A stretch of 64,000 nt of DNA from an uncultured Nitrososphaerota archaeon (lineage in GTDB: Archaea; Thermoproteota; Nitrososphaeria; Nitrososphaerales; Gagatemarchaeaceae). Made by a program: the position numbers and the translations under genes. The first letter of the stretch is position 1; every line of letters starts with the position of its first letter. The stretch covers positions 32,001-96,000 of the forward strand of contig OY969807.1 in the NCBI GenBank assembly GCA_963703285.1, read 5' to 3'. Shown piece by piece: positions 29,287 to 36,767 of the stretch. The notes under the pieces are model-generated. The model was given only the letters and a program-made list of their open reading frames with translations, did no database searches and was not told the origin of the DNA.

Positions 29287-29667
29287 ATGACCCCGAAAGC
29301 CTATTTCGTAAAGTTCGAGACACCCAAGGAGGTATCGGAGGCTGCGTACGAGGTCCTGAGGCAGGCTTCCCGCTCCGGGAAGGTCCGGAAGGGGACCAAC
29401 GAGACGACCAAGGCGATAGAGCGCGGCCTGGCCAAGCTCGTCGTCATAGCCGAGGACACCGAGCCCCCCGAGGTCGTCGCGCACCTTCCTCTGCTATGCG
29501 ATGAGAGGAAGATCCCCTACGTCTTCGTCCCCTCCAAGGACCAGATCGGGCCGGCGATCGGCATAGACGTCCCGACGGCGGCCGCGGCCGTCATCGAAGC
29601 CGGTGAGGGGCAGCAGATCCTCGACCAGGTCACGCAGGAGCTGACCCGGGTGAGGTCCAAGCAATGA
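29287..29667 (+). CDS. rpl7ae: 50S ribosomal protein L7Ae
   Basis: [13 protein letters not shown] and [13 protein letters not shown] motifs. Confidence 0.97.
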   Translation: MTPKAYFVKFETPKEVSEAAYEVLRQASRSGKVRKGTNETTKAIERGLAKLVVIAEDTEPPEVVAHLPLLCDERKIPYVFVPSKDQIGPAIGIDVPTAAAAVIEAGEGQQILDQVTQELTRVRSKQ

Positions 29668-29879
29668 GCAAGCAGGCCGCCGAGGACGTCACCCCCGCCG
29701 AGGTCGTCCAGATAGTCGGGCGGACCGGGGTCGCCGGGGAGATAACTCAGGTCAGGGTCAAGATCCTCGAGGGCAAGGAGAAGGGCAGGATCCTCACCAG
29801 GAACGTCAAGGGGCCCATAAGGCTGGCAGATGTGCTATTATTGCGAGATACGGAGCGCGAAGCTCGCAAGATAAAATAG
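29664..29879 (+). CDS. rps28e: 30S ribosomal protein S28e
   Basis: [23 protein letters not shown] and EREAR motifs; last ~17 codons are AT-rich. Confidence 0.96.
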   Translation: MSKQAAEDVTPAEVVQIVGRTGVAGEITQVRVKILEGKEKGRILTRNVKGPIRLADVLLLRDTEREARKIK

Positions 29880-29908
29880 AAATCTTTCATCATTTTGATG
29901 CTATTATC

Positions 29909-31186
29909 CTAAGACTTTCGTGTTGCCGCTTTTTTTCTGGATATACTCTCGCTTGGCATTGTCACCTTTCTGCTCCATCTTTGGACAGCCTCGAAGGAAA
30001 TGAGCAGGCCCATTGTTTCCGCAACTTCCTCGACAATGGCAGGAACGGATAGTCCTCGCCTCGTCAACTCGGCGATTCGATCTCGAATGTTCGCGGGCAG
30101 ACGTTCTTCCCGTCTGAGACGTCTGGTCGTGGCTAGAAGCTTCAGCTTCTGATAGCGGACCGTGTTCAGATGTGGCGCTAGAATTGGCGTCTGGAACGAC
30201 TTTACAGCTTGACTCTTTACGAGGTCGATTGCTTCTCTGCAGCGAAACGCCTTGAGACCGAAAGTCGCCAGGAAGCGAATCATAAGTTCCCAGTTTGGCC
30301 CAAGCCAGAGCTCCATCGATTGGGAGGCAACGTTGGGAGACCCATCTGACTCCGCAAGCCCCTGGAGAAGTCCAACTCTGAAGTCCTCAGGCGCAGACAG
30401 AATCCATTCCGATTTGATCGGGTGGTAAGTCGTGACTTCGCCGTCGCGCAATCCTAGCCCGACGCCGTAGAGCCAATCGATTAGCGGCGAGGATTGCGAA
30501 ATCCATTCGAAGAAGCCATTCGGTTTGCTCTCGGGCTTTGACAGGTCTGCCGCCCTATGCATTCGTAACCCCACACTCCACGCACAGACGCAAGTGAAAT
30601 CCCCGAGGGCGAGGTTTGTATCGTACTTCATGCTGAGCACCAGCCCAATATGTCTGTGGCCTGACTTCTGTTTGGATTTTGAACCATCGCCAATAATCAT
30701 TCCGTACAGAAAGCCGAGTAGGTATCTCCGGCTAAACGTCCTGTAATCAAGGGCCAAGGGCCTGAGTTGAAAGAGCACTTCCTCGACGTCGCTCCATGTC
30801 CTAACTTGGAGAGGAACTTGTACAAACTGACCGATGGGGATGGCGTACCCATGCGAACACTCAGTGTTAAGCCAGACTAGTCCCTGTCTCGCCATCCCCA
30901 ATTCAATGAATGCCTTAAGGTAATGCCCCAGCTTCGGCATTGTCTCGAGTAAGGACCATGAACGCACGGTTGTGTTGGAGGCCTTCAGACCCCAGCCGAT
31001 TGAGAATGGATTCTCGCCCCGGCATTTCGCCTGCATCACCCTCGCGAATTGGTGGTAACCAGTTACGTCTCTTTCTAGGGGTTCGCACCCTTTCCAGAAG
31101 CATTTCGTGAAATCTAGGCTGTCGCCATGCTCTGAGATATACGACCGGAGCGCATCCTTCCAGGGTTCCTCAGGCTGTCCTTCCAC
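29909..31186 (-). CDS. double-motif LAGLIDADG homing endonuclease with C-terminal HTH-like segment
   Basis: FLYGMIIGDGS and LLQGLAESDGS motifs; atypical codon usage; convergent with rps28e. Confidence 0.85.
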   Translation of the reverse strand: MEGQPEEPWKDALRSYISEHGDSLDFTKCFWKGCEPLERDVTGYHQFARVMQAKCRGENPFSIGWGLKASNTTVRSWSLLETMPKLGHYLKAFIELGMARQGLVWLNTECSHGYAIPIGQFVQVPLQVRTWSDVEEVLFQLRPLALDYRTFSRRYLLGFLYGMIIGDGSKSKQKSGHRHIGLVLSMKYDTNLALGDFTCVCAWSVGLRMHRAADLSKPESKPNGFFEWISQSSPLIDWLYGVGLGLRDGEVTTYHPIKSEWILSAPEDFRVGLLQGLAESDGSPNVASQSMELWLGPNWELMIRFLATFGLKAFRCREAIDLVKSQAVKSFQTPILAPHLNTVRYQKLKLLATTRRLRREERLPANIRDRIAELTRRGLSVPAIVEEVAETMGLLISFEAVQRWSRKVTMPSESISRKKAATRKS

Positions 31187-31270
31187 GCAATCCTATTCCA
31201 CGGTGCATTTAAGCGGCGAGGATCCAATTCGAACTAACTGTAATCGAACTGCGTCCTTCTCGAAAATGCA

Positions 31271-32701
31271 CTACCTCCGGCCCGGTGGTCTTCCCTTGAC
31301 GGTGTAACCTGCCGTCAGTCCTATGATTAGCAGCACCGCCATCGCCGCGTATGCCCACGATGGTGTCGCCGAAGCTGCGGGGGTCGCCGTTGAGGTTATC
31401 GTCTGTGTAGTCACGGTCGTCGGTTGCACGCTCGACGTGGATGCGGGTAGTGTCACAGTTACGGTCGGACCCGTAACCGTTATCGTGGGCCCGGTCGCGA
31501 TCTGAGTAATTGTCGCTGTCATGGATTCGGAAACCGTGGCCGTCACGGTCTGGGTAACAGTCACGAGGTTGGTAGTAGTCGTGGTCGTAGTGACCGTGGA
31601 CGCCGAGGGCTGCTGGCTAGAAGACGCCGTCTGCGTGGGCGACTGGGTCGCGCTCGACGAGGACGTGACGGCTGAGGACGAGGTGAAGGTGGACGACTGG
31701 CTGGGGTTGGACGCGGTCACCGACGGGTTGAGGGCGTCGAGAAGGTTGTAGGCGCTGCAGTCGTCGTGCATGCACGGCAAGCCGAATATCGACTCGATAA
31801 CCGTCGGGATTGAGTAGTGGCTCGCCAGATTGTGGTCGATTATCCCATTGGGCCCGTAGGGGGCGAGCATGATCATCGGGACCCGGTACCCGAACTGGCC
31901 CGGCGGCGTAACGTGGTCGTACCAACCGCCGGAGTCGTCCCAGGTGAGAAGCACCACCGTCGATTTCAGGTAGCCTGAGGAGTTGAGGTCGTCGATGACC
32001 CCGTGTATCCACGCCTGGCCTAGGGTCAGGTTAGCCGGCGGCTCGTCGCTCACCTCGTCGCTGTCTGGCATCACAAAAGACACGTCGGGTAGGGTGTGCG
32101 TCTTGATATCGGAGATGAGTGTCGTCGTGTCTTGCTCGTTGTTAAGCCAGCTGGGAGATTGCGTGAAGAACGACAGGGGGCACTCGTTGTAGTTGCAGTT
32201 GAAGTAGTCCCAGGACACGCCCGCCGCTGTCATCTCGTCGAGTATCGTCGTGTTGGAGCGCCAGGGGAAGGCTTGCCCGGAGGTGTTCCAGTCGGTCACG
32301 AAGCCGAGGGTCGAGCCCGCTATCATCGCCATGCGGTTGGGCAGGCTGGCCAGCGGCGAGACCGTGAAGTAGTTGTCGAAGAGGATGCTCTCGTTCGCTA
32401 GGGCGCAGTAGTACGGGATGTCGCTGCAGGTGAAGTAGCCGTAGTTCTCGGGATGACCCACGAACCCCCCGAGGCTCTGATTCTCGTAGACCTCATCGGT
32501 CGTATCGTGGAAGATGGGCGCTGTCGAACCCTGCAGCCCGTTGGCGCCGGGGTAGAAGCCGAAGAAGTTGTCGAAGGTATGGTTCTCCTGGACGAAGATT
32601 ACCACGTGCTGGATCGCGGGTGCAGGCTGGGCCGTCGGGAGCTCCGGGATGGCGAACAGGAGCAGGAACGCCACGGCGGCAGCGAGGATGAGGTTCCTCA
32701 T
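31271..32701 (-). CDS. secreted phosphoesterase (phospholipase C / acid phosphatase family) with Ser/Thr-rich stalk and C-terminal membrane anchor
   Basis: Signal peptide, IQHVVIFVQENHTFDNFFG, PNR, TWDDSGGWYDHVTPP and GYRVP motifs; C-terminal TM helix. Confidence 0.9.
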   Translation of the reverse strand: MRNLILAAAVAFLLLFAIPELPTAQPAPAIQHVVIFVQENHTFDNFFGFYPGANGLQGSTAPIFHDTTDEVYENQSLGGFVGHPENYGYFTCSDIPYYCALANESILFDNYFTVSPLASLPNRMAMIAGSTLGFVTDWNTSGQAFPWRSNTTILDEMTAAGVSWDYFNCNYNECPLSFFTQSPSWLNNEQDTTTLISDIKTHTLPDVSFVMPDSDEVSDEPPANLTLGQAWIHGVIDDLNSSGYLKSTVVLLTWDDSGGWYDHVTPPGQFGYRVPMIMLAPYGPNGIIDHNLASHYSIPTVIESIFGLPCMHDDCSAYNLLDALNPSVTASNPSQSSTFTSSSAVTSSSSATQSPTQTASSSQQPSASTVTTTTTTTNLVTVTQTVTATVSESMTATITQIATGPTITVTGPTVTVTLPASTSSVQPTTVTTQTITSTATPAASATPSWAYAAMAVLLIIGLTAGYTVKGRPPGRR

Positions 32702-33177
32702 CAATGTCCCGCCACCCAAAGACAGTCGCGTCCGGGGAGCGTCTGCTCGGTCGTCATATTCGTGCAGCCCGGTGGTCCTACTTGGCACGATTGCGTGCAA
32801 GGTACGGGCCGATTACCTTCAGGGGCCAATATCGAAGCGATGAAACTTCGTCTCCAGGGGGGCCTACCGCGGTCACAGCATTCCATCGCTACCCACCAAG
32901 TGCGGACGACCTTGGTCGAGTATATAATGCCGGCCTGCCATTCTCATCTTTGAGACGCACTTCTATCAGGTTTATTCTAACGGCGTTAATTTTCTCTCCA
33001 ACGGTGTTGACCCCAGGCTCACGTCAAGCCGGGCGGATGTCGTGGCCTTGGCCGGCGGCCCATCACTGGTTGGAATGGATTGCCGTCGCGAACTTCACTC
33101 CGGCTCGTTCTTTCACATCGTTTGCTTTATATGCAGATGCTGCGGGCCTCCGCCGAATTACTCGTCAGGCGATTGTC

Positions 33178-33354
33178 TTGTACACACCCAAGAAATGCTT
33201 CTTCTGCGGCAAGGACGTCCACCTCGGCGAGGGGATAATGCTCGTCTTGAACGACGGGTCGACCAAGAGCTACTGCTCCTCCAAGTGCAAGGTGAACGAC
33301 CGCAAGCTGAAGCGGGACCCACGCAAGTTCAAGTGGGCGAGGGAAAACAGGTAA
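33178..33354 (+). CDS. rpl24e: 50S ribosomal protein L24e
   Basis: CFFCG...G.GIM.V.NDG...YCSSKC...KRDPRKFKWA; TTG start at 33178. Confidence 0.95.
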   Translation: MYTPKKCFFCGKDVHLGEGIMLVLNDGSTKSYCSSKCKVNDRKLKRDPRKFKWARENR

Positions 33355-33767
33355 TGTCCCTCCCGCCCGTGGAGAGGACGCTCGTAGTCGTGAAGCCTGA
33401 CGCCGTGGGGCGGGGCCTCGTCGGCGAGATCATTGGGAGGTTCGAGAGGCGCGGCCTGAAGCCCGTAGAGATCAGGATGCAGACGGTGACCAAGGCCAAG
33501 GCCACTCAGTTCTACATCGTGCACAAGGACAAGCCGTTCTTCGGGGACCTCGTATCCTTCATCAGCAGCGGGCCCAGCGTCGGCGTCGTGCTCGAGGGTA
33601 GGGACGCGATCGCGCTCGTCCGCCGGGCGATAGGCTCCACCAAGAGCTGGGAGGCCGCCTCGGGGACTATAAGGGGAGACTACGCGACAGGGCTCCTGGA
33701 CAACGCCATCCACGCCTCCGACTCGAAGGAATCCTTCGACTGGGAGAGCAAGACCTACTTCTCGTAA
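33354..33767 (+). CDS. ndk: nucleoside-diphosphate kinase
   Basis: ERTLVVVKPDAV, GTIRGD and NAIHASDS motifs. Confidence 0.96.
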   Translation: MSLPPVERTLVVVKPDAVGRGLVGEIIGRFERRGLKPVEIRMQTVTKAKATQFYIVHKDKPFFGDLVSFISSGPSVGVVLEGRDAIALVRRAIGSTKSWEAASGTIRGDYATGLLDNAIHASDSKESFDWESKTYFS

Positions 33768-33833
33768 TCATGCCGAGCTCATTCGATAACTTATATTAAC
33801 CAGCCCTCGGGCTGAAGGTCAAGTTGTTCTCGG

Positions 33834-35627
33834 ATGTCCCAGCCCACACAGACGTTACGGCAGCCTGTAGTCGTCGTACTGGGTCACGTTGACTCTGGGA
33901 AAACCTCATTTTTGGACCGCATAAGGGGCACCGCCGTCCAAGCTCGAGAGGCCGGGGGCATCACACAGGAGATAGGCGCGAGCTTTTTCCCGATGGAGAC
34001 GCTATTCGCGATCTGCGGGCCGCTCTTGGACAAGTCGGGCGCGCAGCTGAAGATCCCTGGGCTGCTCGTCATCGACACGCCGGGCCACGAGATCTTCTCG
34101 AACCTGAGGATGCGTGGCGGGTCGGCCGCCGACATCGCCATCCTGCTCGTCGACGTCAACAAGGGCTTGGAGAACCAGACCATCGAGTCCATCGAGATCC
34201 TGAGGCAGCGGAAGGTTCCCTTCCTCGTCGCGCTCAACAAGATCGACATGATCCGGGGCTGGAGGAAGGAGACGACCGGGTCCCTTGCGAGCGCGCTGAA
34301 GCAGCAGCCGCCCGAGTGGAACGACGAGCTCGAGGAGAGGCTATACAACGTGGTCGGTGCCCTCTCCAGGCTCGGGTTCAACTCCGACGCATTCTACCGG
34401 GTGAAGGACTTCCGCAAGCAGGTATCGATTGTGCCGATCTCCGCCAGGTACGGGATAGGGATGCCCGAGATCATGGCCGTGCTCATCGGTCTCGCCCAGC
34501 AGTTCCTCGCGGAGAAGCTCGTCGCCATCGACGAGAACGGGAGGGCGAGGGGGATCATCCTCGAGCTCCAGGAGGAGGTCGGCATCGGGGAGACGGCCAA
34601 CGTGATCCTCACGGAGGGGAAGCTCTCCGTCGGGGACAGACTCGTTCTTGTGAAGAAGGAGGGGGCGGTCGAGTCCAGGGTCAAGGCGCTGTTCATGCCC
34701 AAACCCCTCGACGAGATGCGCGACCCGCGCGACAAGTTCACCCCGGTCCAAGAAGTCTACTCGGCGGCGGGGGTGAAGCTCGTCTCGCCCGACCTCGCCG
34801 GCGTGATCCCCGGGACCTCGGTCATCTCGTTCAAGTCACCCGAGGAGTTCCACTCCGTAAAAGCCGAGGCGGAGAAGGACCTCACGACGCTGGTCACCAA
34901 GACGGACATCGACGGCGTCGTCGTCAAGGCGGGTAGCATAGGGGGGCTGGAGGCGCTCCTGAGGATGCTCGAGCAGAGGCAGATACCCGTGCGGTCGGCG
35001 GACATCGGCGACATATCCAGGAACGACATCGTGGAGGCGGAGGCCGTCGCGGAGCACGACCCATACCTGGGGGTCATCATCGGCTTCGACGTCAAGGTCA
35101 TCCCGGACGCAAGGGAACAGGCGACCATGGCCCAGATAATCACCTCCGACGTGATATACGACGCGGTGGAAGGCTACGTCAAGTGGGCGGCCAACAAGAG
35201 GGACGAGGACCAGAGGAACGCGCTCTCCACGATAACCGGCCCGGCGAAGATCAAGGCGCTCCCTGGAATGTTCTTCAGGAGGAACGACCCCGCGGTCTTC
35301 GGGGTCGAGGTGGTGGGCGGCAAGCTCAGACCGAAGGTCCGGCTGATGGACGCGTCCGGCGTGGAGCTCGGCACCGTCGAGCAGATTCAGGACAACGGCA
35401 AGCCGGTCCCCGAGGCCACCCTCGGCATGCAGGTGGCGATATCGGTCCGGGGCCCGACGCTCGGCCGCCAGATCAAGGAGAACGACATCCTCTTCACGTT
35501 CCCCACCTCAGCCGACGTCAGGCTCCTCAGGGGGAAGTACGTGGGCAGTCTCAGTGCCGATGACGAGGCCGTGCTGGAGGAGATCGTCTCCATCCGTTCG
35601 GTCAAGGACATGATGTACGGGTTCTGA
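33834..35627 (+). CDS. infB: translation initiation factor aIF5B (IF-2)
   Basis: LRQPVVVVLGHVDSGKT, EAGGITQ, DTPGHE and NKID motifs. Confidence 0.97.
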   Translation: MSQPTQTLRQPVVVVLGHVDSGKTSFLDRIRGTAVQAREAGGITQEIGASFFPMETLFAICGPLLDKSGAQLKIPGLLVIDTPGHEIFSNLRMRGGSAADIAILLVDVNKGLENQTIESIEILRQRKVPFLVALNKIDMIRGWRKETTGSLASALKQQPPEWNDELEERLYNVVGALSRLGFNSDAFYRVKDFRKQVSIVPISARYGIGMPEIMAVLIGLAQQFLAEKLVAIDENGRARGIILELQEEVGIGETANVILTEGKLSVGDRLVLVKKEGAVESRVKALFMPKPLDEMRDPRDKFTPVQEVYSAAGVKLVSPDLAGVIPGTSVISFKSPEEFHSVKAEAEKDLTTLVTKTDIDGVVVKAGSIGGLEALLRMLEQRQIPVRSADIGDISRNDIVEAEAVAEHDPYLGVIIGFDVKVIPDAREQATMAQIITSDVIYDAVEGYVKWAANKRDEDQRNALSTITGPAKIKALPGMFFRRNDPAVFGVEVVGGKLRPKVRLMDASGVELGTVEQIQDNGKPVPEATLGMQVAISVRGPTLGRQIKENDILFTFPTSADVRLLRGKYVGSLSADDEAVLEEIVSIRSVKDMMYGF

Positions 35628-35630
35628 GGT

Positions 35631-36047
35631 TCAACTCTCGCCTGGGCGGTCCGAGATGGCCCGCGAGGGCTCGAGCCGCGGTACATCCAGCCCGTCGAAG
35701 TGACGATCGAAGCTGACTATCGCTCGAGCACCGAGTTTCTTCGCCACATAGTACTGGAGCGAGTCGTCGAAGTCCATCCGTCTTTCGGAAGCTAACAGCC
35801 CTACCGCCATCTCCTCCGTCGTTGTCGTGTCGTAGACGTGAAGGCCCGAGGAGGTCTCTATGTTCCGCAGGAAGTTCGTCAGGTCGTTTCCACCTCCGAG
35901 GATTGCCTCTACGGCGTGTATCGTGAAGTGCGTGACGGTTGCTTCCTCCTCGCCCTTCGACATGCGATCCAGGAGCGCCCTGCATTCGGGACCGCGCTTC
36001 TGGCCGAGCATGAACTCGAGGAAGACGTTCGTGTCTAGGACGATCAA
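35631..36047 (-). CDS. vapC: VapC / PIN-domain toxin
   Basis: IVLDTNVFLE, DFDDS and IVSFDRHFD motifs. Confidence 0.9.
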   Translation of the reverse strand: MIVLDTNVFLEFMLGQKRGPECRALLDRMSKGEEEATVTHFTIHAVEAILGGGNDLTNFLRNIETSSGLHVYDTTTTEEMAVGLLASERRMDFDDSLQYYVAKKLGARAIVSFDRHFDGLDVPRLEPSRAISDRPGES

Positions 36048-36277
36048 TCCTGTCTGCGCCAGGCTTGGTGTTGGAGCTCAACGGAAGTCATCTTGCTCGG
36101 GGCGAGCACCCCGTCGAGCTTCGACCAGTCTGGCTCCCCCGGAGAGACGAACTTCCTGATCGCCGCTTCCATGGCCTTCTTCATGGCTCCCTTCTTGTAG
36201 CCGTAGGTCTCCATCGCCTTCTTCCGGAACCTTCTCGCCAGCGCGTCGTCGATCTCCACTTTTATCGTCTCGGTCAT
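36044..36277 (-). CDS. putative RHH-type antitoxin (VapB)
   Basis: MTETIKVEIDDALARRFRKKAMETYG...; 4-nt overlap with the toxin start. Confidence 0.8.
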   Translation of the reverse strand: MTETIKVEIDDALARRFRKKAMETYGYKKGAMKKAMEAAIRKFVSPGEPDWSKLDGVLAPSKMTSVELQHQAWRRQD

Positions 36278-36368
36278 TCCACCATAAGTACATTTGTCCG
36301 TATATTTAACCGCCTCGACGCGCGGCACCAATCCTTTTATTAACAAACCCGGGGGCGGCTGATGAAAG

Positions 36369-36710
36369 ATGCCGACGTTCAAGATCGTGATCTCAGATTC
36401 CAAGACGGGCAGGTCCGAGGTGATGGAGGCGAAGGACTCGCAGGCACAGATATTCATGGGCAGGAAGATTGGCGACGTCATCGACCTCAGCGTCATCGGG
36501 CAGAACTACAAGGTCAAGCTCACGGGCGGCTCGGACAGGGCCGGCTTCCCCATGAGAGGCGACGTCATGGGCAGCGGCAAGAGGCACGTCCTGATGACCG
36601 AGGGCATCGGGTTCAGGCACTCCGTCGAGGGCGAGAAGCGCAGGAAGCTCGTCAGGGGCGGCACGGTGACCGAAGAGGTCTACCAGCTCAACGCAGTCAA
36701 GACTCAATAG
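36369..36710 (+). CDS. rps6e: 30S ribosomal protein S6e
   Basis: LTGGSDRAGFPMR and RRKLVRG motifs. Confidence 0.96.
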   Translation: MPTFKIVISDSKTGRSEVMEAKDSQAQIFMGRKIGDVIDLSVIGQNYKVKLTGGSDRAGFPMRGDVMGSGKRHVLMTEGIGFRHSVEGEKRRKLVRGGTVTEEVYQLNAVKTQ

Positions 36711-36767
36711 ACAACACCGCAGCAGCTTTATCTATCCCAGAAAGCCGAAGTTCTCGAATCATCTCTC

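Larger units (their letters stand above)
29833..33139. mobile_element. insertion between rps28e and rpl24e (endonuclease plus phosphoesterase); boundaries approximate
   Basis: Breaks the normally adjacent rps28e-rpl24e pair; GCAGATG occurs at 29826-29832 and 33133-33139. Confidence 0.5.

Noticed and set aside
31340-31720. Repetitive Thr/Ser/Val-rich DNA
   Set aside because: Low-complexity stalk of the phosphoesterase, not a CRISPR array or DNA repeat.
33015-33055. CACGTCAAG...GCGGATGTC resembling the rps28e NVK...ADV segment
   Set aside because: Needs gaps and a frame change; indistinguishable from chance.
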